Source: Vicugna vicugna (Eukaryota). From it: a DNA stretch of 64,000 nucleotides. The notes beneath the pieces were generated by a model that saw only the letters and a list, made by a program, of their open reading frames with translations, had not been told where the DNA came from and did no database searches. Positions 39,501-54,780 of the stretch are shown here, piece after piece. Numbering within the stretch: the first letter of the stretch is position 1; each line of letters opens with the position of its first letter. Location of the stretch: positions 1,005,061-1,069,060 of the forward strand of contig MU058423.1 of the NCBI GenBank assembly GCA_013265495.1, in the 5' to 3' direction. The translations under genes were made by a program, and so were the position numbers.

Positions 39501-40789
39501 GAAATAAGTATTACAATTGTCTCTCCAAGTATAGAAAGAGCTTATTTTGAAACCTAGATCTGGACTAAGTTTGCTAACTGAGAAAAAGTATTTCTAGCCA
39601 AATCAAAAACTATCTGAATACAGAGACACCTTCAATATCACTAAAGCCTTGAGGGACAGGGTTCAAAGGGAGACACTACAATTAAACATCTATGATTAAA
39701 TTTTCTAGAAGCTACAATCTTAGCATGTGTTAGATACAGGGCTCTGTTTCTAACAATGCCTTCCATTGGCTAGAAGCAAATAATTGAAATATAGCCCAAA
39801 TCAATCTGTGAGGCATACCAAGCACAGCAAACATCAAACGTACCTTGGTATCTGGATTAATACAGAGTAAAAAACAGTGTTACAATGGTCCCTACTGTAA
39901 CAAATACCTATGATGTTTATCTAATAGGGATGTGAGAATGTGAGTGATAAAGGGTTTTCCCGAATTAAACAAGAAAAAAAAACCTTATAATCCCATTTCT
40001 CGAAGTGTTGGTTTCATTAATTTATCAATTGTATAGCCTTTAGGTAACCAAAAAAAGCCAAACATTTGTCAAAAAAGCAAACTGGTTCTGTGCTGAGGTG
40101 CTACACCCTGAGGGATACATTCATTTTTGATTCCCTTATTCTGCAGTTGCTGAAATTTATTTACAAACTGGGTACCAAGTTTAAAAAAAGAAAAAGGAAA
40201 GAAAAGGAAATCTGATGGAGAACTTAAAGACAGAGAAAAACACGCTGTCTTTCCAAATTAGAAAAGAAAAACATCTCTAGCACTAATTGGCAGATCTCCC
40301 CTACTGAGTAAGCAGAAATACACTGTGCATATATAAACATGCAAAAATTAAAAAGCCTGCTAAATTAACGTTATGTCATGAGAGAAAAGAGTAGAAAAAA
40401 TCTGGTCATTTACTAGGGTTCTGTCAAATCTAGGGTAGTGAAGCACACAAAAGGAAACAGAAAAGTGTACTTTTACAAGAATACCTTACTATCAGCACAC
40501 AAAAATGGAGGAAAAAGAACTGTGTAGTGCAAATATGACTCACGAAAATGGCTACTGATCATTAAGAATTATTGGTAACCACCTAAATTAATATCTTTTT
40601 TTCCAATACCTGGCCTGGTATAAACATAGGTGTGTGTACATATATGTGTAACCGGAAAAAACCCCGACAGCAAAGGCTTTCCACTGCACTGAAACTTCAG
40701 ACACTCTGATTCCTTCATCAACTCCCAGACTATCATCTCCCTTTCCTTCCCTCCTAAACCTGGCCTCCAAGAATGATCATCAGTGTAGC

Positions 40790-41030
40790 TTAACAGTAGC
40801 TAAGCATAGACTTTGAACCTAACTTCCCGGGTTTCAAGTCCAGCTCTGACACTTACTTGCTCTGTAATTTTAGGCAATGCCTTAACCTCTCTGTGCCTGT
40901 TTCATCACGGGGAAAACAGCACTGACTTCGCATGGTTATTTTGAGTAAATTAGTTAGTATCTTTAAAGCAAACTTATAACTGTGCCTAACACAGAATAAG
41001 AGCTCTAGAAGTATTTGTTCTTCATCATTA
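40790..41030 (+). mobile_element. MIR
   Basis: ccagctctgacacttacttgctctgtaattttaggcaa...cttaacctctctgtgcct. Confidence 0.72.
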
Positions 41031-41339
41031 TCACCATCTGTGTCTTGAGTTATTCTCTGCCCAGCCCCCTCTATTCTATGTATTCCGGTTTCCCCCTAAA
41101 TTAGCCAGTAACATAAACTATGAACGAATCTTGAAATCTCTCTTTATTGCTGAAGAAAATACCATTACATAACTGATGTCACTACTACAAATTTCTGATA
41201 TGAAATCTCACCTGGGCCCTGAGTACCGCACATCGATCCTTTTACCAATCTTTGCTTCACTTCCTCTCTCAATCCATCCCCTCACTGATAAACTTACCAA
41301 ATTCAGTCACCATCATCTTTTTCCCTCAAGTCCCACTCA

Positions 41340-41760
41340 GAGGATAATAAGGTTATTTTTGCGTGTATAGTATCTCTTCCTTTCTTTTGATAACAGTATC
41401 CTGAATCTCCACTGGGAAGTAACTTGTTTCTTGCACAGCAGTTCCGGTGGGAATGTCAATCAAGGTGTCCCACCCTTCACTGGACAAGGGAGACATCTCA
41501 CTCAAACTCAAGCTGGGCCAATTAGGCTGAATTTCCTTTGAAGCTGAATCTTCAGCAGAATGATGTGAAGTGGAAAATGGTTAGAGCTGATTCATTCTGA
41601 CTGTGGTGCACTACTAAAGACACTGTTCGTTCCTGCTAGGAACGGCCCTGATTCATCTTGGGGTTTCCTGAGGCCTGCACACTTATTTCTTACTTAAATC
41701 CTTTTATTCAACATCCTTCAAATAAATACCTTTTTCTTTTCTGCTTAAATTAACCATTTC
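41340..41760 (+). mobile_element. ERVL LTR (LTR16-like)
   Basis: tcttcctttcttttgataacagtatcctga; aagctgggccaatt; aataaataccttttt...ctgcttaaattaacc; terminal-like tttctgttgcttgcaacca at about 42270. Confidence 0.5.
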
Positions 41761-41804
41761 AGCCATCTGTTCAACTTTTGATTGGAAAAATATTTATTGA
41801 ACTA

Positions 41805-42228
41805 TGTGATGATTACTTGTATGAGTCATCCTGGTTAGGCTATAGTACTCAGATATTCAGACACACACTAATCTCGATGTTGCTGTGAAGGTATGTAAAT
41901 GTTGTCAACAACAAGGAAAGGAGATTACTGATGATGCGAGGAGGCCTCATCTAATCAACTGAAAGCCCTTAAGGGCAAAAGTGAGGTTTCACTGAAGAAG
42001 AAATTCTGTCACAAGAATTCCTGCCAGAGAGTTTCTAGCTGGCCTGCCCTATAGATTTTGGACTTAACCAGCCCCCACAATCACATAAGCCAATTCCTTG
42101 AAATAAATCTATTTTGTACACATACATACACACATATAATGTATATGTATAGTGTGCATGTGTTTGTGCATGCACACACATGTATATGTGTTACTGGTCT
42201 GTTTCTCTGGAGAACCCTGATTAATACA
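41805..42228 (+). mobile_element. ERVL solo LTR (MLT2-like)
   Basis: TG...CA ends; ggctatagtactcag; gatgttgctgtgaaggtat; gccaattccttgaaataaatct; tgtttctctggagaaccctgattaataca. Confidence 0.85.
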
Positions 42229-42540
42229 AACATCTACTATATACTGGTGCCGAGAACAAGACAATGTCTGTTTCTGTTGCTTGCAACCAAAGAACTCCAA
42301 GTACAGTAATCTATGTCACTGTTTGAAGAAGAGAGAATCCACAAAGATTTCACTGTTTCACAAATATACTAATAGTTTAAGATCAAAGCTGTGAGCAGAA
42401 TTTAAATATCCTAAACCTAATGGCAATAAAACTAATTTTCTAGATTCCTCCAAAGTACAGGGAAATTAATGAAGGCATGCTTAAGAAAGAAAGGGTGTCT
42501 AAAGTAGCTGCCAGAATGTGCAGGTTCTTTTATTCCAGTT

Positions 42541-42825
42541 CAGGTATCAGCTAACTATGACTGACAGGCAGAATCCAGTCTGCTGTCCGTTTTTGCGTGG
42601 CCTATAACTAAAAATAACTTTTACATTTTAAAATAAATTTTTTAAAATCAAAAGAAAAACAGTACCTCATGACATGTGAAAATTATATGACATTCAAATT
42701 TCAGTGTTTATGAAGTGGATACATCCACGTGCATTTATTTACATATGGTCCATGGCTACTTTTACCCTACAACAGTATAACTGAATATTGCAACAGACAA
42801 TGACCCTAAGAACTGAAATATTTGG
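42541..42825. mobile_element. hAT-Charlie MITE (MER58B-like)
   Basis: catgacatgtgaaaattatatgacattcaaatttcagtg; catggctactttt; gaaatattt. Confidence 0.68.
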
Positions 42826-42889
42826 CAAGAAAAGGATAGGCAATGTTAGAAATGACGGGTACAAGAAGGGAATAAATTAATTGTAACTA

Positions 42890-43130
42890 TTATTTTTGGA
42901 ATACTTACCATATACAAAATACTGTTTTGAGCACTTTCCATATAATAGTATTTTTAATCCTTACAACATTCGTATTGAGGTGAAGACCATTATCCTGATT
43001 TTATAGATGAGGCAGAAAGGCTAAAACAAACCTGCCCAAGGTCAACAGACATAAATTACAGAACCAGGATGACAACCCAGGCTGTTTGGCTCTAGCATCT
43101 ATGTGGTTAACCACAACATCATACTGCTTT
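42890..43130 (-). mobile_element. MIR
   Basis: tttaatccttacaac...cctgattttatagatgagg...ctgcccaaggtca. Confidence 0.68.
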
Positions 43131-43610
43131 ATCACTTATCTTCTTGTCTACTTAGTCTGCACCAATTAATGATGTTGATTTTCCTTAGAATTAAAGTATT
43201 ACAAACTCTAGCTAAACCAACACTGGAATAAATGAAGAAGTTTGTGGCAGTGTATTCCTGAGAGAACTTGAGAGATGACAAAGACCTATGCCTATGTTCC
43301 TTCTTGAAGATGGGAAATGCAGGAAGATGCTCCCTTGGATTCAATCATTGCCTTCCCCAAAACAATACTTAAACTCAGAAGCTCAGGCAAGTTTCTCTTT
43401 GCAGGCTAAGATAAAGCATGCTCTTCTCCCACATGTCTTACCTCATCATGATCAATTAAATAAGAATTTCTGGATGGTGGAGCCAGGATGTGGATACTTC
43501 TCAAAGCTCTTCAATTAATTCTAATAAACACCCATCCAAGGTTGAGACCTACCACATTATACTTCCCCTCCTTTCAAGGAAGAGAGTGGTGATTAAAAGT
43601 AAAGAATACA

Positions 43611-44556
43611 CAACCCAATTCAAAAATGGGCATAAGACCTAAATAAGCAATTCTCCAATGAAGACATACAAATGGCCAATAGGCACATGAAAAAAATGCT
43701 CAATATCGTCAATTATCAGAGAAGTGCAAATCAAAACTACAATGAGAAATCTATCATCTCACATTAGTCAGAATGGCCATCATTCCAAAGTCCACAAACA
43801 ATAAATGCTGGAGGTGTGGAGAAAAAAGAACCCTCCTACACTGTTGGTGGGAATGTAGTTTGGTACAGTTACTATGAGAAAGATTCCTCAAAAAACTAAA
43901 AATAGACTCACCACATGATCCAGCAATCCCATCCCTGGGCATGTATCTAGAGGGAACCTTCATTCAAAAAGATACCAGCACCCCAGTGTTCATAGCAGCA
44001 CTATTTACAATAGCCAACACATGGAAACAACCTAAATGTCCATCAACAGATGATTGGATAAAGAAGTTGTGGTATATTTATACAATAGAATACTACTCAG
44101 CCATAAAAAGAATAAATTAATGCCATTTGCAGCAACATGGATAGATCTCCAGACTGTCATTCTAAGTGAAGTAAGCCAGAAAGGAAAAGAAAAATAACAT
44201 ATGATATCACTCAAATATGGACTCTAACAAAAGAAAAAAGAAGACACTAATGAACTCATTTACAAAACAAACAGACTCGCAGACATAATAAACAAACTTG
44301 TCGTTATGGGGGGGAAGGGGTGGGAAGGGATAAATTTGGGAGTTTGAGATTTGCAAATACTATTATATATAAAAATAGATAAAAAACAAATTTCTGTATA
44401 GCACAGGGAACTATGTTCAATCTTATAATAACCTTTAATGAAAAAGAATATGAAAATGAATATAATTATATGTATGTAAGACTGGGACATTATGCTTTAC
44501 ACCAGAAATGGACACACTGCAATTGATTATAATTCAATTTAATTAATTAATTTTTA
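43611..44556 (+). mobile_element. Lineage-specific 5'-truncated L1 (ORF2 C-terminus plus 3' UTR)
   Basis: Perfect 16-bp TSD aaaagtaaagaataca at 43595-43610 and 44557-44572; TT/AAAA target site; well-preserved ORF2-end motifs. Confidence 0.93.
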
Positions 44557-47500
44557 AAAAGTAAAGAATACAGGTGAGGGGAGGAGCAAAGGCAGAGATG
44601 GGGAACCTTGACAAAACTTCTCTGAATAAGAAGCACTCTAGTGAAGCGCATTTCTAGTCTTCACATCTCAACTCTACCCCTAAAATCTTAAAAAAAAAAA
44701 GGAGGTATTAAAAACAAAACTAAATATTTTTACATAAATATATATGTATGTTTACACAGTGAATTTCTATAAGATACATAGCAGATTTTGTCTTATAGGT
44801 ATTTTTCACTTGATCTGTATTTTTGTCACTTGTGTTTCTTTTTATAATGTACCACTTGTTTAATTAAAAATAATTAAGCTTTTGAAAAAAGTATGACTAA
44901 AAGGATGTTCAAAGATTACTTTACTTATACTTTGAATAAGAAAATAATTACATAAAGAGCTAGTAAAAATTACTTGATGCCTTCCTGAAAAGCAGTTTAC
45001 TTTCTGTCAGAGCACAAGACATAAAATCTCAACTTTTATGTACAGTGGAGATATATATTCTAGAAATCTATTAAAGAATCTTTTCCACCAAGTGATTATT
45101 ACTATCTTACTGGTACTAGTTTACCACAATACTTAAGTGTGAGGGGAAAACATTTTAAATAATAAAAAATAATAAAGTGGAAATATTTCAAAGTTTTATT
45201 AACACAAATGTCGATTACACATTCTAATTTTTATAATCATTTATAATAACCTCACATAACATTTAGTTAAAATCAAATATTCTTGTATGGACTATTGATT
45301 TAAATGAATTTGAAGTTTCTGATATGGCTTCAAGCTTCAGAAAACAAAGAAGTAGGCAATGGGGGTGGAAAGGCAGTATCTAAGCAATCACACAGGCTTG
45401 GCCAAAGGTCCAAAGTCATATGAGCCCAAGCATGTCATCTGCTAGCTACTATGATTCTGAGTAAAGGACTCAGCTTAGTGTTTAAATTAAATTTTGCACC
45501 AAAGAATAAAATCTCAAACCTGGTTACATGGTAAGCCTCAGAAGACAAAATCCCATTTGAGATGTCAATTTTTTTAGACATACTGCACAAGAAAGACCAC
45601 TACCACAAGGGAAAACGGTTCCCCACTTAGCAAGATGGATGATGGTCCAAAGCAAGGTGAACCTCTGTAATAAGTGTAAGCTAGCTGTGGTGACAGCTCA
45701 ACTCCAGGAGAGGCTAGTCTTAGAAAACAGTCCTGACTGAGCTGTCTAGGTCCTGAATATCATTTATTCTATTTATTATGGTTAGTTTTTATCCTAGTGG
45801 TGACCATAGTACTCTCAGGAGAGATTTTCATTGTAAAGGCAAACTAAGTCTTCAGGACACTAAGAGAATTTGAAAGTCTCACTCTCAAGTGTGTAAAAAG
45901 AAAAAAAGTTAGCTCATAGATAGAATCATAATAAGTAGGGTCAGAATCAACATTTAAAGATGTTAATAACAGCATGAGCAGTTATATTTAAATTGAAAGG
46001 AGAAACTGCCTCAGAAAAGATTAGTGCTTAAAAAAAAACAAAACATTTCTACTTCTTTTGCAATGTTTAATGGATCTAGTCTCATATATTTTGGACTTTA
46101 TGAAATTCTAAACCTCAGAAGAATGTATGAATAACTCTGGAGACAATATATAAAGGAACTTTATAAAAATAACCAGAAACAGCATATTATGAGATACATA
46201 AAACAAGACTATCAGAAATGTAAAAAGAGAGAATATATCTCCTTTTAAAAGGAATAAAAATTAGATAGCAGACAGGGTATACACCCAAGATACTTCAATC
46301 AATAAACCAAAGATTAGAAGTCAGATTTGACAGAAGTGTTGTGTTTCCAAGTATTCCCAGAAAGCTCACAATTCAACAACTTGTTTGTCCACTTTGCAAC
46401 TTACAGGTGCTTTACCACCAAGTACTAAAAGTGCTCAAGCCTAAAAACTTCAATCCTCAAAAATTTGTATTATTCTAATCTAGTTAAAATACATATGCTT
46501 GTCTTTTAAAAAACAGAGAAACAAAACCTAGCCAAACTTAAACTGTAACTTGTGATCTGAAAAATACACAAGCACATCTACCTATTTAATGGAACATTTT
46601 AGATTCCCAGATATAAAAGTACAACACTCTAAAGTTACAGTAATTAAAATCTAGTACCAATATCTGAGTAGGCAAATAAAGAAATGAAAAATCAGAAAAA
46701 GCCTAAAAAAGACTCAAACATATAAGGTACTTCCAATTCATAAATGATGCAGCAATTTCACCACAAATGGGAATTTATGATATAGAAAAACACAAGCAAA
46801 CAAAGATGTATGCCAAAAATAAAAACTTGAAAACCAGGAAATAGATGGTCCTTCAATAGAAGAAAGGATAAATGACTGTCCATCAATAAAGTAGAATGTT
46901 GCAAAAAAGAAATGAGATATATTACATTTAGCGATATTAAAAGATGATCAAAATGCCTTGGGAAAAAAGCAATTTGCCACAGTTAAAGTTCAATCTATTC
47001 TTTTTTAAAATATAAAGATAGATACAGCTTTATTTATAAAACTATTTATTTTAGAATATACAGAGGAAAAGTCCTGGACAAATATTCACATTAATAGTGG
47101 TTTGTCCTTGGAAAAAGGGACTTTCACTAAGTTGTATACATCAAAAATATTAAAATATACAGAATAAAATAATTCTACTTCTTAGAATTTATCCTATGGA
47201 AATAATTAAGAATGCATGGAAAAACTCAACTACAATGATATTCATAACAGAGCTTTTATAATAAAAAAGTGAGAACTACAGGGAAGCATTTAAAAAAAGA
47301 TGGCAAATTCACATAACAGAATACTACAAACTGATATCGATTTATCCATTAGATACACTATTAAAATATATTCATTTTCACAAAAAAACATTTTTTTAAA
47401 AGGAAGCATGAATTATTAAATATGTGCCCTCATTTTTTAAAGGAAAATAGATATGCACCGAAAACCACTGGGAAAGATGTATACCAAAATGTTAACAGGC

Positions 47501-47942
47501 CAAGAAGTAAAAGTAAGGGTGATTTTTCTTTTCAGTATCGCTTCCAAGGGGGTGAAAACTGGCAGAGAGGTGAAAAAAAAAAAAAAAACTTAACTCCTTT
47601 CGTGCATAAAGCACAGATTAATATATAATATATAGACAAATATACAGTACACCTATGATATTAAAATTTCATGAGGGTGAAAATTAGAAAAGGTTGAGAA
47701 ACATTACCTCACTGGTACTCTCATTTTTTCTACAATGAACTTGGTATTACACGGGTTTGAATAAGTAATATATGTACATTTGAAATACTTAAAAAGGAAT
47801 ATACAATGAAAAGTTAAGATGTAACATTAATTTTCATTATTAAATAAAATTTATTACTATAGTCCAAAGGCTTTAAATACAATACAGATTTTTAAAAATA
47901 TAATACTAAAATGAAAATATATAGAGAAAGAAAATGGAAAAG

Positions 47943-48045
47943 TATTGCATCAGAATCACATGGAGGAGTAAACTACAGATTCCTCGGCCCTACTGCAGAT
48001 GTAACAAAACCAATACCTCTATGGATGGGGCCGGTGACTTTTATT
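47943..48045. mobile_element. hAT MITE fragment (MER5A-like)
   Basis: tgcatcagaatcacatggagg...acagattcctcggccctac...ggatggggcc. Confidence 0.6.
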
Positions 48046-51000
48046 AAATGAGGAACACTTATAACATCATACCACTCCATGGAAATATATTTTAATTTGG
48101 TCTAAGGAATTTTTATAATATGTATTTAGGTGATAAAAATAAAAACAACCTAAAACCCTGGAAATCTAGGAATCCCTGTGAACTTCTCCTCCTCTTGCTT
48201 TAACGAATCTGAAGACTCCAATTTCTTCAAAAACTATCAAACACACCCTAATATCCATTATCTCTACTGGGTACAAGGCACGGTAAAGAACATAAAAGAA
48301 ATAAGCAAAATTTATAAATTTTGCCACTAAAATAAACTCATTTCAGTTAAATCTGCAAAACCCAGCATTAACCACTAGCATCCTCAGGGCACCACTATTC
48401 ACAAAGAAACACAAGTTTTCAATCCTATGATGAAATTTAAACAGGTAGGGAACAAAAGTCACTGCTGGGAAGTAATAAGTGAGATGCTGTCAGCTATACT
48501 CAATTCTCTAGTTAATAAACCTGTTTAGCATATAAGCCTTGAAATATGCAGGATTAAAAATTTTGCCTGCCCCAAATCACAAATCTCCCATGTTAAATAT
48601 TCTGGGTTTAAAACATTAAGCCATCATTTATTGTATTCATAAATAATCAATCTCCCTTAAATGTACAAGTAATAGTCCCATTTAACTAAAGGAGAATACA
48701 AAGAGTAAAAATAGTGGATATATAGGATTAAAATATTGCTCCAGTCACTAGCAATCTTCTCCAGTTTCTTACAGACATCAATGCCAACTTTTGCTGGTAG
48801 TGGTAATGGCAGCAATAAAATTTAAGTGCTTTTTGTATTCCAGGTATACTTATTCAAACGTCAAACATGTCTAAGAAACAGGTACTGTTGTTTTCATTTT
48901 TATCAGATGAAAAAAACAGAAATAAAGAGGTGAAGTAACAGCTGGTAGATACTACATGCAAACTTCCACGGAGCGTTTTTTGCCTGCTGACCAAAATGAT
49001 CAAATACTCAAAGTGAGATTTGGCATATCATTTATATAAATAAACTTACAATCTGTAATTAAACAATTATCCATAAAACAGTATACAAATGAATGTAATT
49101 GAGGCAAACCTGAGTTAGAAGAATCAAACAGAAGTTTTCCAAGTCATCATATCAATAGTACAATATTTTTCCCATTTCTCTCTCACACTACACCAAGAAA
49201 ATGGCAATCTTAATTTTGCCTGTTTTTGTTTTAAAGTACAGATTTTATCATCATATGTAATTCCATCTCAGAAATGTATTTGTTTAATTCATTTGTAAAG
49301 TCTTTAACTTATTTTATCCTCAAAGACTCTTCATCTTTAAAAGCTTTAAGGAAAATAAAAATCACCTGTAATCCCAACTTCAAGCTAACAATTTTGGTTC
49401 TTTGCCTGTTTCCTTTTAGCCTACCTATATTCTACATATGAACATAAACATGTAAAAATAAAAACTGAAATCATACTACATAAACATTGTTAATCAGCCT
49501 TTTCTCTCAACAATAGAGCATTTTTAAAAAATGGTGCAAACAAATGCAATTACATGATTTTCTACAAAACACTTGTCTTCAGACTAAAAAAATAGTTTCT
49601 TGTACTGGGAAATTAACCACAAGGTGGAGAGGGGACGGTTGGTCCTTCATATAAAGAGTTCTCCCTCTTTAGCAAGTATTTGAATGCTTTTTTAAAAATC
49701 ACTTAGAAATTTTACTGATTAAATAGGCATTCTCTTTCCTCTACTAAAAAACTTCACATGTCCATCTTCAGCACATCAACACACAGAAGACATTAAACAC
49801 ATGGTTATAGAAGTGCTATGGTTGCAAAAGATAAAGAATGTGACAATTCACTGTAGACACAAGCTGAGCTCAGTACCCTTGAACCTAAGCAGAACACCAC
49901 AAAGTGATGATTCTTTATACCCAGTGCTGCTTACATACACATGCAGGCAGATGGCACAGAGTGATGACACAATGTGAAGCTTGTTCTGTTGATGACAGTA
50001 GTACAAATCTAAAGCTTAACGGGAATAACAGAGTGACTACATCACCTAAAACCCTCCTATCCATGGTTTCAGCTGCAGTTTGGTTGTTATTTGAGTTACA
50101 ATGAGTATAACATAATAGATAATATTTCAATGTAAAAATTGACATCTGAATACTAGTGAGTATTTACTAAACATTCATTCAAATTCAAAACAATGTTTTA
50201 CAATGGAGTTTGTCCCAAGTGTGAAACTCAATATTCAAAAGGAATAGGAACTTGTTTTTTTAAGTATATATTATCTGACCAATTTTGAGTTACTGAAGTT
50301 CCACACATCATTTAGATGTAAAAGACACATCATCAGAATAACTTAATATCTGAAGATGTAAACAAATAAAGGTGGGTCTGAGATACAAAATTCACCTTCC
50401 AACTCACTTGCCTATGGTTTTTATTGATCTAATATTCTTAAATAATTAAATTTATAAAAGTTTCACCCACATCAAATTTTAGATATACACATCTATAGGG
50501 CAAATTGACACTTATACTTTATATGCAAAACAATTTCTGAAGCATGACAATTTCCTGCCAGGGGTTATGTTATTACTAAACCGATTATATGATTAGAATA
50601 AACAGCAGAGCAGTTGAAAAGCTGTCATACAGAAATCTAGCCCAAAAAACAAAAAGAGCACTCTGAGGATACCAAGAACTCAAATATATAAAGTTACCTT
50701 TTATAGACTTGTCATATTATAACCTTATTTCTCAGACAACTACGACAAATTTTAAACTATGTCCATTCTTCACAAAAACAACCCTCTTCATTGTGTCTAG
50801 GATTACTGTACTTCAAACTTAAACCAGCAAGATAGATCCCATACTTCATCAAGTAGTGATACTGCCACAAATGGTGAGATGCATCATCCTCTCTGAAGGT
50901 CCCTGTAGGCCATCATATCTAAAGGGTTCCTTCTATTTTTCAATATTAATTTATCTCCGTGTGGCCCTCATTTCATCAATTTCGTTTCTCTTTTGGTGAA

Positions 51001-52789
51001 AATAAATTTCTTTTCCACAGTCTAGCACGGCAATTTTCATGTGCTATCCACTCCCTTATGATATATCCTGTATTATAATCCTTCCTCTTTCGCAACCTTC
51101 CATTGAAAGTTTCTTTCAGTCTCTCAATTGTCTGCATCTATTTTCATCTTTTAGGTATTCATTCTTATGAAGTATTCACTTACAGGTACTCTAAACTTAA
51201 ATTTGTTAAGACAGTAATTCATTTGAAGGATTAGAAACTTTATAAATACGCAGTTTAGATCTCATACTATTCTGCCAGAGTATTAGCATTAGTCGGAAAA
51301 AAAAACCCATTATGTGTTTTTTTTAACCAAACCAACCATTAAATAAATGCCCCAGAATTATCAGTTCATATCTCTGAACAACTAATCACACACTCCGATA
51401 TACTGATAGATGACAGTAACAAACACATCCCTTCCCACTCCCTGCCCACTGAAACAGAGATTAGGTGGACAACTAATGTTAGCTGCATCAACATTTTGAT
51501 TACCATTCTTCCACCACTTCATTTCAAAAAACTACAGTAAATTTTTAAATAGTTAAAAAAAATTAAGAGATACAAACAGAACCAAAAGGTGATAACTTGA
51601 AATGTGGATGCAAGGGTCTAAAGCAGCTTTTTTTTTTTTAAAGTGAAAACACAGATTACTCAAGGTAGTTAAAAATCTTAGTGAAAATCACACTTTCTGA
51701 GTTTCTGATCTTCATTTTCCTCCTTAGAATTTTTATTGTGTGATTTATTTTAAGAATTTAAGCCTCATGGGTGAGGAGAGAGTTATGCAGAGAAAAATGA
51801 TACATGAAGTCGATTAGTTCTGAAAAACTTTCTAGGCTCATCTAGAAGGAAAACAGTGTGCTGCACTGAAGAAAGGGAGCGGATAGACGCAGTTTCTGTC
51901 ATTCACCTACTCATTCATTCATTGATTCATGTTTGCACACAAGCAAAACAACAATCTTTACTGATCACTTATTTTGTGCTTTGTACTGAAGTAGTCCTTT
52001 CTTCTGAAAGTCTGCTGTCAGCATTATCCTCTATAATTAAGAGTTTGTGAATTTTTGTAAATTATATAATTACTTTGGGGTCATTATCTGCAAAAAGTGA
52101 ACAATATCTATCTCACAGATCTATTGTGCAAATGAAATGGGATGTAAGCACTTTACCTTCCAAAAAAAAAAAATTAGTTCCCTTCTCCGTCTAAGCCTCT
52201 CTAGAGATTGGGACATTTATCAGTGCTTCTCAAACTTACTATGAAAAATCTTTCATTCTCTACAGATTCCATGTCTTTAAAGACTTCTGTCTATCAATTA
52301 CAATGACATTTTATTAATCAGGTAAGTAATGGCTAATCAGAAGTCTCAAATTATCAAAGACAAAAAAACTAACAAAACTCAATGCTAGCTTCCTGAGGTG
52401 TAAGCACAATGTTTTATTTCAATAACAGCTTACAAATCACCAGTGTACGATGATAATATGGTAACTAGCCCCAAAGGTTTGAGTCAATAGGATTATTGGT
52501 CAAAGCAAAGATAAATAATATTTCACTGTATAAACCTATTGTGAGCAAATATATAACTTTCATTAGGCTTTTTGCAATATTAAAAATAATTCATTCCTAT
52601 CTCTGCAGACCCCTGGGAAAAACATAATTTATGTACCATAAGTTAGTGATTTTCTATGTCTGGCGACACTACTAGTTACCCTCCAGATCTGCTTTAAGCC
52701 ACTATCATTAGTGTAACACCATATTCAAATTCAAAAGTTGCACATTTCCTATCCATAAAGGTAGGCAGTGATATGCCATGTCTTCCTTT

Positions 52790-53260
52790 TGTTATTTGTT
52801 AAGAACAAAATCCAAATCCTGCACCACAGACTTCTGTGATCTGTCCCATGCAAACTTCATCTACTAGTCTCTTCTCAGCTTACCACAACGGCCTTCTCAA
52901 GCATGACAGCTGCTTCCCACTTTAGGGCTTCTGCACCAACTGACCCTCTTGTCTGGTTCACTCTTCTTGCAGATTGTCACACATCTGGCTTCTTGTCATT
53001 CAGGTCTCAGATTAAATATCATCATCTCAGGGAACTCAGTCTAAACCCTTCCATTCCTCTCTATCATTTTTTCCTGTTAAAGCTTCTTCACAGCATTTGT
53101 GACCTCTGAAATTATCTGTTCACTTATTTGTTTACTGTTTCTCTCCATAACCACCAAACTTCACTGGTACACAGAACTCGAGGAGGGCAATCTATTCACT
53201 GCCCTATCTCCAGTTCCTAGAATAGTACCAGTGCTCAATAATCACTCAATAAATATTCAT
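52790..53260 (+). mobile_element. LINE-2 3' end
   Basis: cattcaggtctcagattaaatatc; tctccagttcctagaatagtacc; cactcaataaatatt. Confidence 0.7.
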
Positions 53261-54663
53261 CGGCCAAACTGTTTAAGATTATTTTGGGGAAGGACTGCTT
53301 TATTAGCCAAGAACTTAAATTTAGCATTCAAAATTGCTGATTCAAAAGGAGTAAGAATTAGTACAAGGACTTTGTACATGTGGAAGAATATATGGGGAGA
53401 TATAATGATTGTATTAAAAGACAAAATAATGAACTGAGAAATCATTTTACTTTGGATAGTTCATGATGTGTTTATTTCTAACAAGTTCTTAATAAAGATG
53501 AGAACAATACTGTTCAGTTTAAAAAAAGAAATGAGAAAAATGCTCTTTTAATAAAAAGAATAAGAAAAATATACACAATATTCTATTCAACCAGTGGACT
53601 TTTTTTATTCCAGTCCTTTGGGATAGAAGGATATGAAAGTCTATTCATGTTTTACATACCTCATCTGTCACCTCACGTAACAACTGAATAAAATTGTTAT
53701 TTATTTTAGCTTTATTGAGATCTGACATTTAAAATTGTAAATTTTCTTATAATAGTATACTATGAGCTGCTAGACATTCAATCTAATAACTTATTTTCCC
53801 TGCCAAGAAGCAAGGAGGCTTCTAAGAATGTAAGAAGTACAGACTGGAAAGGCCACAGCTGCCACCTTGATGACAGTGGCAGCATGGCCCAAACCAGGGA
53901 AGATACTGTTCTCAACTATGGCTGGGGAGAAGAAGGGAAGAGTATGAGTGATCAGTCTTAGGAGAATGACTGTAGTTCTGATTCCTGTTGACAAAAAGGA
54001 ATATCTTCAAGTCAATTCAAATTTTCAACTGGAATCTTATAGTTGGAAACATTAAATCCCTGTTTTGAATACTGAGGTCTCTTTAGTAAATGGAATATCA
54101 TTCAGCTGACAAGATCTGGGCTTTTGTAATTTCATGTAAGAAAAACACAGTGTTTGTAAAAAAAAAACAAAAACAAAAACACACATATATAATCCCCAAT
54201 ACTATGTGCTATATTTGCTTATTAATTTAAAAATATTTTCAAGGATACTTTTAAAGGGGAGAGATGTGAATAAAAATAACTAATAATAAGAACTTTATGT
54301 CTGAGTTTAGAAAATAGCTGAAAACTAAAGAAACATTAAGAAAGGTATAACAACTGAATGGTTTAAAAAATGCAAACACCCTGAACGTATCACAAACCTG
54401 TATTTATTTTTTAAAAACTGGGGGTTGCTCCTTTTCTCAATTGGTAATATAAAAGGAAGACAGCAAGCAAATAATTCACACCTTATGTGAGTTTACTTAT
54501 CAGTCAAAAAGAAATATTAATATCAATCTTTAGGCTAACTTGCTTACATATTACTTAGCCAAGTGGAAAGAGTAATTAGTGTAGAGCTAGAGCCAGGTAC
54601 TAGAAGGACTAAGAATGGCATTTGCTAACTCATTTTTTTAAATTAAGAAATTAAGAGAGAAGG

Positions 54664-54780
54664 ATATGAAAATGAATATACATATGCATATGCATGACTG
54701 GGACACTGTGCTGTACACCAGAAATTGACACATTGTAACTGACTGTACCTCAGTTAAAAATAATAATAAAAAAAATTAAA
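54664..54780 (+). mobile_element. Very short L1 3' tip, same family as 43611-44556
   Basis: atgaaaatgaatata...gactgggacactgtgctgtacaccagaaattgacac matches 44450-44520. A-tail; approximate TSD agagagaagg. Confidence 0.82.
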